Source of the DNA: an uncultured Alphaproteobacteria bacterium
Lineage (GTDB): Bacteria; Pseudomonadota; Alphaproteobacteria; RF32; CAG-239
Assembly: GCA_944393695.1 (NCBI GenBank)
Contig: CALYAY010000007.1
Location: forward strand, 14,266-78,265
Direction of reading: 5' to 3'
Length of the DNA: 64,000 nucleotides
In this document: piece after piece, positions 50,860 through 60,527 of the stretch
How positions within the stretch are numbered: the stretch's first letter is position 1
Layout of the letters: each line of letters begins with the position of its first letter
Notes under the pieces: generated by a model
Databases searched by the model: none
Told to the model about the DNA's origin: nothing
Seen by the model: only the letters and a program-made list of their open reading frames with translations
Program-made: the position numbers and the translations under genes

Positions 50860-52704
50860 ATGATGAATAAGACTGTTCTCATGTTGTCGGTTTCGTGCAT
50901 GTCGTTTATTGCCGGGGCTGATTTGTGTTACGCTGGTTTTAATCCTTATGATACGCCTCCGGCGTTAAGCGCGGCCATGCTTAACTCACGTAATTCTACA
51001 CACACTTCACACCTCACGGCCGCTCATTTGTCTTCACTCGAAGATTTTGCCGAACTTACTCTCCCTGAAAACTCAGGGAGAGACAGAGAGGGTTTCAAAC
51101 CCTCCCTTACCCTCCCTAACTCTTTAGGGAGAGAAGAAGAAACAAATATGTCATCCTCGGATTCTTCTCTCCGTCATTCCCGGCTTGACCGAGGATCCAG
51201 GTTGAAAAAATCGGCTGCTTTATTTGACCTGGATACTCCGGTCAAGCCGGAGTATGACAGAGAAAAAAGGCCGGAGTATGACAGGTCGATCAAGGGTGAT
51301 AACAATAACCTTATCCAACTTGCGGCGGCGTGTTTTGTGACGGATACAACCGATTGTTCCGGTAATGAGTTTGTTGGGAATAATGCCGATGACGATAACG
51401 GTGGGGTGCCTCCCGACGGCGGAGATGATTATGAGTTGGATAATGACAAACGCTGCGAAGAAGAAGGATACACAAAAACCTCCTGTCCCGAGGGATATGA
51501 GGCGGTTAATTTCTGCCCGTATGATAATCATTATTTCGAATATTGTCGGGCACTTTGCCCCAGTGATTACGTCACCTGCGAGCTGCCTTATTACGGCATC
51601 GGCGAGGCGTGTGACGGAAAATATGCTTCCTGTAAATGCACACCCTGCGGCTCAGGTTATGATTATACCACCATTCCGGAGGGTTATGTTCAGGACGGCG
51701 AGGCTTGCTTAGACTGTGACGGCAAGACCAAATACAAAATTAAACCCAACCCGTGCGACGGCTTTATGGATTGTGGATCTGCCGGACCTGAAGCCGGAGC
51801 GGAAAGCTGTCTGTCGGGAACCGAAACCCTGTATGATAACTGCAAACCTTGTCCCAACGAATGTTCTCTGGATTCATGCCCGTCCCCTTACACCTGTAAG
51901 AAAGAGGAATGTTCCAACAAATACTGCAAAAACGGCTGTCAGTCAGGCTATGTCTGGAACGCAAGCGCCCAAACCTGCACCGAAGAATGCGACAGCAGCT
52001 ATAAATATGCCTGTGACGGTTCTGGAGAAACCGGATACGGCGAGGCCTGCAACGGGCTGTATAAGTCATGCTCCTGTACGGAGAATTGTTACACCTGGAG
52101 CAGTTCGTCGGGATGTTCTAATCCGTATCAATATACCTGTTCCGGTCCGGGAGCCAAACCCGGAAGCGGCAGCTGCAACGGTTTGTATTCATATTGTTCC
52201 TGTGAAGACAAAACAGAGGGAATATATTATTATGGTGACACTAAAGGATGTACTTGCAATGAGAATTATTGCTCACGTTATAATATCTATAAATACACCT
52301 GCAACGAGGAGCATGAGCTGCCGGACGAAAAATACCGGTGCTGCAACGACATGTATTCGCGATGCAAATGTGAAGAACCTTACGTATGGAGATATGAAAA
52401 TGGAAAATATGGTTGTTATTGTCCGGAAGAATATAAATACACCTGTTCGGCAGACAGCTGCGAATCTCCGGCGGGTTTGGTATGCGATAACAAATACAAA
52501 GAATGCAGTTGTTCTTGCGGATATGGTTGTGGAAAAGGAGATACTTTGGTAACAGAGGATTATAATACAGACGGAGATACTTCCTTTGCCATATTTAGCT
52601 GGAGCGACGATGATGGAGGATATTGCAGAGCAGACCGTTATTCCACAAATACAGGAAACACCACTGCTTTTGTTTGCATTGTCGGAGGGCAGGAAGATTG
52701 GTAG
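50860..52704 (+). CDS. Cys-rich secreted protein family, paralog P4 (no lectin-like C-terminus)
   Basis: Same leader; longest palindrome-derived insert (88 aa); Cys modules continue to the end. Confidence 0.9.
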   Translation: MMNKTVLMLSVSCMSFIAGADLCYAGFNPYDTPPALSAAMLNSRNSTHTSHLTAAHLSSLEDFAELTLPENSGRDREGFKPSLTLPNSLGREEETNMSSSDSSLRHSRLDRGSRLKKSAALFDLDTPVKPEYDREKRPEYDRSIKGDNNNLIQLAAACFVTDTTDCSGNEFVGNNADDDNGGVPPDGGDDYELDNDKRCEEEGYTKTSCPEGYEAVNFCPYDNHYFEYCRALCPSDYVTCELPYYGIGEACDGKYASCKCTPCGSGYDYTTIPEGYVQDGEACLDCDGKTKYKIKPNPCDGFMDCGSAGPEAGAESCLSGTETLYDNCKPCPNECSLDSCPSPYTCKKEECSNKYCKNGCQSGYVWNASAQTCTEECDSSYKYACDGSGETGYGEACNGLYKSCSCTENCYTWSSSSGCSNPYQYTCSGPGAKPGSGSCNGLYSYCSCEDKTEGIYYYGDTKGCTCNENYCSRYNIYKYTCNEEHELPDEKYRCCNDMYSRCKCEEPYVWRYENGKYGCYCPEEYKYTCSADSCESPAGLVCDNKYKECSCSCGYGCGKGDTLVTEDYNTDGDTSFAIFSWSDDDGGYCRADRYSTNTGNTTAFVCIVGGQEDW

Positions 52705-52719
52705 AATATAAACCAAGAA

Positions 52720-52752
52720 AAAACTCCCTTTAGAAAATTCCAAAGGGAGTTT
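52720..52752. terminator. bidirectional terminator downstream of P4
   Basis: AAACTCCCTTT-loop-AAAGGGAGTTT between convergent genes. Confidence 0.78.
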
Positions 52753-52755
52753 CTT

Positions 52756-53268
52756 TTAAGCTAAGGCAACCGAGTGCATCATGCCCGCGATGAAACTGTC
52801 TGTATCACGATTAAAGTGATAATACTTCCGTGCAATGCAGGCCAGCAGGGTGTCATAAGAATAGCGTTTTTGCAGCATCTTATTTTGCAGTCCCTTTAAG
52901 CGGTAATACTCGACCCAGTTCAACAGCGGACAATTCTTCAAACGCCGGCTGATTTTTTCAAAACGGCGAATGTCAACAAGCATTTCATTGTAAAACGCAG
53001 CCTGACGTTCCAGAGTAATCTGAGGCAGGTTTTCCAGGATGAACGCCATCTCCCGACGGCAGGAAATTGCCGCTTCGGCTCGGATGTCCTTAAACATTGA
53101 CAAAACCTCATAATCGCTTCGGGCGCAGGAAAGAATGTTGTAATTGCATAATTGCACCAACAGCGAATGAGACATGGCAATGAACAGTTTTTTGTAATTT
53201 TCTTCAGTCACGGCTTCATCCAGCATGTTTTTGGCTGCACAAAGCTCCTTAATTGTTAAGCTATACAT
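52756..53268 (-). CDS. hypothetical protein
   Basis: 170-aa helical ORF; no recognised motif. Confidence 0.7.
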   Translation of the reverse strand: MYSLTIKELCAAKNMLDEAVTEENYKKLFIAMSHSLLVQLCNYNILSCARSDYEVLSMFKDIRAEAAISCRREMAFILENLPQITLERQAAFYNEMLVDIRRFEKISRRLKNCPLLNWVEYYRLKGLQNKMLQKRYSYDTLLACIARKYYHFNRDTDSFIAGMMHSVALA

Positions 53269-53435
53269 AATATATAAGAATTAATAATAAAAAATAACGA
53301 CGTAATAATATGTATTTTTTTGGTGTTGTCAATCTTATTTGAAAAAAAATTGCGGGCGCATATTGACAAAATTTATTAAAAACGGTATTATCTCTCAAAA
53401 ATTGACAAATTCTATTTTATCTTACGGAGATTAAA

Positions 53436-54839
53436 GTGAGCAAGAAAACATATTTTGCCTCTCAGAGTCTTGATGTTTATCTGGCGGCACAGAGCGGCGT
53501 GCCTTTTAGTTTTGACTATCATAAGCCGCGGAAAAACTTTTTTGAAGACGGACATGCCGCCATTGTGGAACAGAGCATTGATTTTATCGAAAAATTTTTA
53601 TCCGGGGAAAATGTAATCAATCCCGGCGACATAGATAAAGTTTCGGATCTGATTGATATGGTGCATCATACTTCAGATAAAAAGCTCCGGCTGAAAATGA
53701 ATCAGCTTTACCATAAATTTGAAGAGAAAAAGGCGGAATTAAACCGTCGGAATGAAAATGTAAAAAAATTTGAAGATATTAAGTATGTGGAAAAGGCACT
53801 TTATAACAAGAAGACGGCTCGTGCTCTTTCTCCAGAAGAACTGCTGGCAGCAAAAGCAACATTAGACAATGTTCAGGCAAACGGTTCACAATATCAAAAA
53901 TTGGCTCAGAAATTAAACAGTTACGCCTTACTGAAATATTCCGACCTGAAAAACAACGATGAATTTTTGCCGTCGAATCCCGTTCATCAGCAACTCAGAG
54001 ACGACTTCGGGCTGCAGCATGTGCGTCTTAGTCAGACATTTTCCCGCCAGCCGGTAAACAAGGTTGCTCAGCCTGTGGTAAAAAAGGTTGAAAAGATTTC
54101 GTGGCTGAAAAAACTGAAAGACAATGTAAAGAATCGGGTGGAAAAGATTTCAGATTGGGCCGAGGAGAAAAAAGATTATCTGCATTATCTGTACCGTCGG
54201 CACGAGATAAAAATTGCCGCAGGATCATTTGCGCTGCTCGGTGTTTTGTTTGTGAAAATTATGAATCAGGAACCCAAAGCCGCACCTTATTATCCGGGAC
54301 AAAACCATAATACCGAAACCAAGGCCCCTGCCCCGGCTCAGGTGCAGGATACGGCGCAAACCGTTGATTTTGTTCAGGCGGCGCAGGCCCTGAAAAAAAC
54401 GGAAACGTCCGCTCAGGAAACCGATCAGAATAAAAACGGCATTGTCCGGGAAACCACCATTGACGGCGACTATTATGATACGGCTTTGGAAATTCATTTG
54501 AAATCAAAGCAAAAAGTTTTGTCGCTGTATCATAAAATCGACAGTCTGGCCAAAAGCGGCAAGATTAAATTTGCCGACGGAACAAACGCCAAGCGCTATG
54601 CCCATGCGGCAACCATGTATCGCCTGATCCGGCCTAATTCTGCCGAAACCAAAGCCTTTGAAAAATTGTTCGGCGGGGAAAAAATTGACAGCGGTTATCT
54701 TAATAATCTGGTGTTGAAGGCCGGAGAAAAAGGAACCGGTGTTAAACCCGACAATAACAATATCCGTCACAGCAATTTTGACGCGGCATCTAAAATTCTG
54801 CAGGCAAAACATATGCAAAATCTGCGGGGAGCCAGATAA
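53436..54839 (+). CDS. hypothetical protein with one central TM helix
   Basis: GTG start after GGAG; hydrophobic IAAGSFALLGVLFV; downstream hairpin AAAAAGGAGT/ACTCCTTTTT. Confidence 0.78.
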   Translation: MSKKTYFASQSLDVYLAAQSGVPFSFDYHKPRKNFFEDGHAAIVEQSIDFIEKFLSGENVINPGDIDKVSDLIDMVHHTSDKKLRLKMNQLYHKFEEKKAELNRRNENVKKFEDIKYVEKALYNKKTARALSPEELLAAKATLDNVQANGSQYQKLAQKLNSYALLKYSDLKNNDEFLPSNPVHQQLRDDFGLQHVRLSQTFSRQPVNKVAQPVVKKVEKISWLKKLKDNVKNRVEKISDWAEEKKDYLHYLYRRHEIKIAAGSFALLGVLFVKIMNQEPKAAPYYPGQNHNTETKAPAPAQVQDTAQTVDFVQAAQALKKTETSAQETDQNKNGIVRETTIDGDYYDTALEIHLKSKQKVLSLYHKIDSLAKSGKIKFADGTNAKRYAHAATMYRLIRPNSAETKAFEKLFGGEKIDSGYLNNLVLKAGEKGTGVKPDNNNIRHSNFDAASKILQAKHMQNLRGAR

Positions 54840-54969
54840 GGCCGCGGCTTAAATCAAAGATAAAAAGGAGTAAAAAAACTCCTTTTTTTGTTTTTAAATA
54901 ACTATTTATTAACATATTACGGATAGTCTAAAGAAGATTTTTGATAAAACTTATTTCTGGAGAAAACAA

Positions 54970-55185
54970 ATGAAAAACTTGAACGAAAATGCCATCAGAG
55001 AAGCTGCTTACTACATCTGGAAAAATGCCGGCTGCCCGGCCAATACCAGCCTGCAGGACTGGAATGCAGCTATTCAGCAGCTTTCTGCCACTAACAACAA
55101 AAATGTTAAGACTTCGGCTCTGAAGACTGTTTCTCTGAAGAAAAGTTCTTCCAAGACTTCAAAGTCTTCTAAAAAATCCAAATAA
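54970..55185 (+). CDS. DUF2934-like small protein with Lys/Ser-rich tail
   Basis: IREAAYYIW..AG.P.....DW..A..QL pattern; GGAG RBS; downstream terminator. Confidence 0.8.
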   Translation: MKNLNENAIREAAYYIWKNAGCPANTSLQDWNAAIQQLSATNNKNVKTSALKTVSLKKSSSKTSKSSKKSK

Positions 55186-55315
55186 ATTTTGGTTTTGGTT
55201 AATGAAAGTCTCTTCGAAAGGAGAGGCTTTTTTTTGATGATAAAATGAGTTTCAAATAAATAAAAAAAGTTCTTGCATTTATGAAGACATCGTTCTATAT
55301 AATATCTCAGAGATA

Positions 55316-55392
55316 CGGGATGTAGCGCAGCCTGGTAGCGCATTTGCATGGGGTGCAAGTGGTCGCTGGTTCGAATCCAGTCATCCCGACCA
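55316..55392 (+). tRNA. tRNA-Pro(GGG)
   Basis: CGGGATG...TTTGC-ATGGGGT-GCAAG...GGTTCGAATCC...CATCCCGACCA; 77 nt. Confidence 0.95.
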
Positions 55393-55576
55393 ACACTAAC
55401 AAGTCGTCAGAAATGGCGGCTTTTTCTTTATAAATCAGTAACTTAACTGAGTCCGTGTGACTGGTTTTAAAAACAGGCCTTTCGGGGTAGTTACACGGAC
55501 CATTATTTTCAAATTTCTTTATCTTTCAATAAGTTAGTCAAATTAGAATTTAATTTTTCTTTTTCCTGTTTTTTTA

Positions 55577-56578
55577 TTATGATAAAAAACTGTTTATTAA
55601 TTTACAAGCTTGTTCTTGTTTTTTTAGGAGGTCTTTACAATATAACGCACTATCTTCGTGCTTTTCCACTTTTAATAAAAGCAAAATGTATTTCCGAAAC
55701 AATTTAATATTTTCCGGTACAAAATTTATTTGCAATATTGCCACTTCACAAAACTCTTCAGCGATTAAATCATACAACTTTAAGATTTCATCAATATGAC
55801 ATTCCGTAAGTTTGTGAATAATACAAAAAATTTGTTTCTGTCTCAACGTTGCATATTTGCCAAAACATCGTCCTGTTTGCAAAGGATTGTAATTTACAAA
55901 AGGAATCTCAGTATCCGAAAAAAATTTTTTTATATTTCCTGTTTTGCTATATTTTTGATACAGACGTTCCCTGTTTTTCAAACTGATCAAAGAAGAAATA
56001 CTTTCGGAAATTCTTATCCCATACCCGTATATACGCCACATATCTTTGCGCATATACATTTTTACCAAACTAAAATATGCAGATATAAATTCATACCAAA
56101 TATCTAAATATCTGTTTTCATAAACAGCTTGACCGATCGGGTATGGAATTTCCATGTCAGAAATAAGATTATTTTTTTTTATTAAAAACTTTATCCCCCG
56201 ACTGATAACAGAAGCATAAAATTCAGGCAAAATTTGCCAATTTTTCTTCCATTCTTTCTCAGATAAGATTGCAAGATCAATTGTATGTCCGTCACATAAT
56301 AAATATTCAAGGTAAAGTTCTTGTCGGTAAGTCTGGCAGGATAGTAAAAATGCATCCTTTTCTTGAAAAATAATATGTCTGAAGTTATTTTGCACTATCA
56401 TAATATCTAAATCAGAATATTCATCGACATGCGACTGAGGCTGTATTAACGACCCATAAATAAACATATTCGTTATATTGTCATCGTTACCGCAATGTTC
56501 TTTCAAGCTATTAACAAATGCCTCTTCAGAGCTTGATAATTTACGGTTCAAACGGGAGGAAATTTTAACTTCAGACAT
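55577..56578 (-). CDS. Pol-beta superfamily nucleotidyltransferase (ANT(6)/Lnu-like N-terminal motif)
   Basis: FIYGS......DEYSDLDI motif with a third Asp in TIDL; helical C-terminal half; AT-rich. Confidence 0.75.
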   Translation of the reverse strand: MSEVKISSRLNRKLSSSEEAFVNSLKEHCGNDDNITNMFIYGSLIQPQSHVDEYSDLDIMIVQNNFRHIIFQEKDAFLLSCQTYRQELYLEYLLCDGHTIDLAILSEKEWKKNWQILPEFYASVISRGIKFLIKKNNLISDMEIPYPIGQAVYENRYLDIWYEFISAYFSLVKMYMRKDMWRIYGYGIRISESISSLISLKNRERLYQKYSKTGNIKKFFSDTEIPFVNYNPLQTGRCFGKYATLRQKQIFCIIHKLTECHIDEILKLYDLIAEEFCEVAILQINFVPENIKLFRKYILLLLKVEKHEDSALYCKDLLKKQEQACKLINSFLS

Positions 56579-56595
56579 ATTTTAGAGCTTTCCAA

Positions 56596-57507
56596 TTAGT
56601 TTTCTTTCCCTTTCATTTTGTCAATTAGTTTACTGAACCACGTTGTTTTGTTATCTGCCAAAAAGTAATTAACAGATTCCACATCCTTTTTTTCTTGTTT
56701 GGCTTGTGCTTGTTTTTGTTTTCGTTGATTTTTTTCTTCCTGTTTTTTTAGTTTTTGCTCAACTTGTATTCTGTGTTCCTTCTTTTTTATAACTTCTGAC
56801 TTCGTGTGCGTTAAATCAGTGTCCGCAAACAAATAAGTCCGGATAAACTGAGCTGTTTTTTTCTCAAAAGGGGACAGTTTATCAATCTCATCGTAGCTGC
56901 TTACATAAAAAGCCTTATAATAAACACTGCTCTCACGTGGTCCATAATTATAAACACAGCTCTCTGGTAAAAAACGAACATATTCACCATCTTCAGAACG
57001 TATAGACATTCTCTGTTGAGGAAACCTGTTGCCACCCATAAGTAAATTCACAGAAAAATATACGCGTTCTTCCACGTCATAAAAAGAAAGATCATGTAAT
57101 GTTTCAGCTGTTTTAGCAATTTCTATACTAATATACTTACCATTCTTTACGACATCATATATTAGATCTCCATTTTCATTGATAGATAAATAAACATTAT
57201 TCTTATTTATGTTTCCTTTGGTTACAAGTCCGATCCGTTTTGCATCTGGTTGTTTGCTGTTTAACTCATCAATCACAGATTTATCTGAAGATGACTGTTG
57301 TGAGACAACATCATCAATAAAACGTATCTTGCCTTCTTCCCATTTTTGCATATTTTTTGTGCGCTGTTTTTCATATGCTGCATATGCTTCCTGTTGTTTT
57401 TTTATCTGTTCTGCTGCTTGTCGTTTTTTTCTCAATTCTGCTGCCTGTTCTTCTGCTAGTTCTGCTGGGGTCATAAGATGACGAGGTTTAGATACATTAC
57501 TACCCAT
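56596..57507 (-). CDS. hypothetical protein, coiled-coil ends flanking a beta-rich core
   Basis: 303-aa ORF with RBS AGGAG; AT-rich; co-oriented with its neighbours. Confidence 0.75.
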   Translation of the reverse strand: MGSNVSKPRHLMTPAELAEEQAAELRKKRQAAEQIKKQQEAYAAYEKQRTKNMQKWEEGKIRFIDDVVSQQSSSDKSVIDELNSKQPDAKRIGLVTKGNINKNNVYLSINENGDLIYDVVKNGKYISIEIAKTAETLHDLSFYDVEERVYFSVNLLMGGNRFPQQRMSIRSEDGEYVRFLPESCVYNYGPRESSVYYKAFYVSSYDEIDKLSPFEKKTAQFIRTYLFADTDLTHTKSEVIKKKEHRIQVEQKLKKQEEKNQRKQKQAQAKQEKKDVESVNYFLADNKTTWFSKLIDKMKGKEN

Positions 57508-57563
57508 TTTTTTCTCCTTAACTATAAATTAATATCTTTTCTGTACTTGTATAATAGTTTTTA

Positions 57564-58457
57564 TTATGCTTTCTGCCGAAAATCACTCAGAGCCTTGGAT
57601 AACATCATATCTGCAATTTTAGAATTAGATTTTTCTTTTTGTTTTTCCTGATTTTTTGTCAAGATAAATTCTAACGCTTCGGCATGGTTTGGATAGCCGC
57701 CCCAAAAAGCGCTGCCGCCTTCTTTTCCTAAGCCGGCGCCGCCGACCCAGCCACCGAAATGATCATACAAAACTTCGGTTTGCTTGGGATCCCATGGTGC
57801 CGGACGCTCGCCGGTTTTATTGCCCTGCAAAGCTCGGCAAATATCTTCAGGCCCAAAATAATTGACCTCTCCGTCGGCCGAAAAAATGGCAATATTCTGC
57901 TGTTTATCAGGATCAAATAATCTGTCTGTAACCGTCGCCGTTTTGGAATGAGCCATTTTAACAATGGTTACGCCACAAACTTCCCGTGCACCAGCAATTG
58001 CTTCTTCCGCTTGTTTTTCCTGTTCAGGCGTAATGCCCTGTGATGCTCGGTCTCTATATCGTATTGATTCAATTTCTTCTTTTGTTGCACCCATAGCCAA
58101 CATGGCTGGAATATAGCCGCTGTCATTAGCTGCTACCAACAACATTTCTCTTGTCGGCTTAACGTCCAAAAGCTCACAAACCTGCAAAATAGAAGCCGGT
58201 TTAGAAGCATTTTCATTGTGATGATCCACATTAATCGTATTCTCTGGGACAGGCGAATCAACAGCCAATTCGACAATGACCGGGGTCTTGCCATTTTCTG
58301 CAACTTTTTCAATTTCTTCTCCATATTTGGAAGTTGACGCTCCCCATTTTAAATTAGCATCAGAATATGTCACACCTTCTTTATCCAAAAGCGTTCTGAT
58401 TGTCGACATTTCCAAATCTGCACCACCTAAGAAAAAATGTAAATTATTTTTATCCAT
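57564..58457 (-). CDS. DHH-family phosphodiesterase resembling type III CRISPR-associated NrN
   Basis: FFLGGADLEM, IVEL..D, VDHHNE, LVAANDSGYIPAM..GA..EEI..IR..DR..QG and DRL, in the order I recall for Bacteroides fragilis NrN. Confidence 0.75.
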   Translation of the reverse strand: MDKNNLHFFLGGADLEMSTIRTLLDKEGVTYSDANLKWGASTSKYGEEIEKVAENGKTPVIVELAVDSPVPENTINVDHHNENASKPASILQVCELLDVKPTREMLLVAANDSGYIPAMLAMGATKEEIESIRYRDRASQGITPEQEKQAEEAIAGAREVCGVTIVKMAHSKTATVTDRLFDPDKQQNIAIFSADGEVNYFGPEDICRALQGNKTGERPAPWDPKQTEVLYDHFGGWVGGAGLGKEGGSAFWGGYPNHAEALEFILTKNQEKQKEKSNSKIADMMLSKALSDFRQKA

Positions 58458-58807
58458 GAGAGTTTTCCTTCATTGTTTGTTTATTTTAATTTGCCTTGTA
58501 CGCGTTACAAGACAAATATATTAATATATAATAATGTGAGTCAACGATAAAATCAACTAAAATTTTATAACTCTCGCACTTTGTTTTTCGCCAAAGAAGA
58601 TAAATTGAGTAAAAAATATACGAAGGAAAGCCTGGCGTCAGGGAGAAGAGACAAACGGAAGTATGCCGGTAAGCTCCGAAAGCCTGAGCCGGGATGATGG
58701 GGCGGAGTATGACCGCACAAAATATTTTGTCGATATTTACATCTTGATTTTTTTATTTGTTTTGTTATTGTAATGACATTTAATTCAATTATTTTAAGGT
58801 AAGTTAA

Positions 58808-60346
58808 ATGTCAAATAAATTAAAAGTAATGTTTTCTACCCATGGTCTGGTGGAAGGTGATTTTGGTTATGCGCTTGATGAAAACGGCTTTCCAACCGAG
58901 GAAATTGTTTCTAAAAAGGTTATTACCGGGCAGGATACGGGAGGTCAGGTATATTATGTTAAAGCTTTGGCCGCAAGTTCCACAAATTATGATGTTGATC
59001 TGGTGACGCGGCGGGTTGATCAGCGTATTTGTCCGCAATTCGGCGGCACCGAAGCGGGAAAAGTGAACAACACAAATTATGACGTTGAAGTGCAATGGCA
59101 TGAGAATCCGGTTATTCGCAGCCGGGTTTTGCGTATTCCGGCGGGCGGAAACTTCTCTTTTGTTCCGAAGGAGGAAATCGTGCCCCTGCTGCCGGAGCTG
59201 GTTGATAATCTTTACAAATTTTATAAAAAAGAAAATTCACTCGGTGATATTGAGGTGGTTGAAGGACATTACCGCGACGGAATGCTGGCTGCCGACATGT
59301 TATGCGAAAGGATTGAAAAAGAAACCGGCCGCCGCCCGATTATGCTGGTTACAAGCCATTCTCTGGGACATAAAAAATATGAGCGCAATCTGCCTTTATA
59401 TCAGGCCGGCGCAATCAGTCAGGAAGAGTGGAACTGGCATAATTTTGAGGATCGGATTGCCCAGGAAAAATATGCATTCGACAAAGCAGATATTATTATT
59501 GCCACCTCTCCCGACGAACAGCGCCGCCTGGTTGCGGAGCCGTATTCTGTCCGCGAAGATAAAATTACGGTTATTCCGCCCGGATATAACAGCCGGATTT
59601 TTACGCCGCTTAGTCTGCAGGAACTTAATAAGCTGAAATACCGTTTTACTTATAACGATTTGAACGGAAGAGAACAAACCGTTAACCTGACCGACATGCA
59701 GGTTGTTTCTTCTTTGGGACGCGTGGTTCGTGACAAGGGTTTCTGCGAGCTTGCAAATTCCATGGTGGAAATTATGAAAGATAATCCGTCCGCCGTTTAT
59801 ATGGTCAGCGGCGAAAACGGAAATCCGGTGACCGACGAATGCAAGGAGATTTTGAGCGGGTATGAAAACAGAGTTATCTTTATGCCTTCGCTGAACCAAA
59901 AGCAAATGGCCCGGGTTTACAACGTGTCGTCAACTTTTGTCATGTCCAGCCTGAACGAGGCTTTCGGCATGGTGCCGATTGAAGCCATGGGCTGCAAGAC
60001 ATCGGTCGTTGTCGGACGCAGCGGCTTTAATGATTTTGCCCATTGCGCTGATATTCGCGAAGATCAGGATTTTAGCAAGTCTATCGGTTTGTATGCGCCG
60101 TCGCAGGAGACTGACCGCTGGCGTCAGGTTAAGGCGCTGAGACTGCTGCTTGACAATGATCCGCTGCGTAAGCAAATTGCCGAAAATGGTTATGATTATG
60201 TTCGGAATAACCTGACCTGGGAAAAAATTTCGGAGCAAAAAGACCAGATTGTGCAAGAAGTTTTGAAAAAGCGTAACCATCGTGAAGTTAAAGGTTTCGG
60301 CAATATCAAAAATATCATGCTTCTTAATCGTGAAAAGGTTATTTAA
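58808..60346 (+). CDS. GT4 glycosyltransferase, sucrose-phosphate/sucrose synthase-like
   Basis: STHG, DTGGQVYYV, VDLVTR, GHY.DG, TSHSLG..K, IPPG and EAFGMVPIEAM; no C-terminal HAD domain. Confidence 0.82.
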   Translation: MSNKLKVMFSTHGLVEGDFGYALDENGFPTEEIVSKKVITGQDTGGQVYYVKALAASSTNYDVDLVTRRVDQRICPQFGGTEAGKVNNTNYDVEVQWHENPVIRSRVLRIPAGGNFSFVPKEEIVPLLPELVDNLYKFYKKENSLGDIEVVEGHYRDGMLAADMLCERIEKETGRRPIMLVTSHSLGHKKYERNLPLYQAGAISQEEWNWHNFEDRIAQEKYAFDKADIIIATSPDEQRRLVAEPYSVREDKITVIPPGYNSRIFTPLSLQELNKLKYRFTYNDLNGREQTVNLTDMQVVSSLGRVVRDKGFCELANSMVEIMKDNPSAVYMVSGENGNPVTDECKEILSGYENRVIFMPSLNQKQMARVYNVSSTFVMSSLNEAFGMVPIEAMGCKTSVVVGRSGFNDFAHCADIREDQDFSKSIGLYAPSQETDRWRQVKALRLLLDNDPLRKQIAENGYDYVRNNLTWEKISEQKDQIVQEVLKKRNHREVKGFGNIKNIMLLNREKVI

Positions 60347-60379
60347 GTTAGAACAAAATTGTTTCGCAAAAGCGGTAAG

Positions 60380-60418
60380 AAAATCCCCCTTTGAATATTT
60401 TTCGAGGGGGATTTTTTT
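60380..60418. terminator. intrinsic terminator
   Basis: AAATCCCCCT-loop-AGGGGGATTT followed by a T-run. Confidence 0.75.
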
Positions 60419-60498
60419 GCTAATGTTTTGTTTTTACATATAAATTAAAGTCGTGTTTTATTCTTGTCCAAATTCCGGTCATATAATCAAAATATCTA

Positions 60499-60527
60499 TT
60501 TACAATGCTTTAGTTCTATGTTATTAT
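60499..60527 (+). promoter_or_regulatory. sigma70-type promoter of P5 (TTTACA-17-TATTAT)
   Basis: Conserved even though the P5 signal peptide is more divergent. Confidence 0.75.

Noticed and set aside
51049-51312. Inteins or self-splicing introns as the explanation for the inserts
   Set aside because: No N-terminal Cys/Ser or C-terminal His-Asn, no group I/II core, and far too short; the inserts match intergenic palindromes instead.
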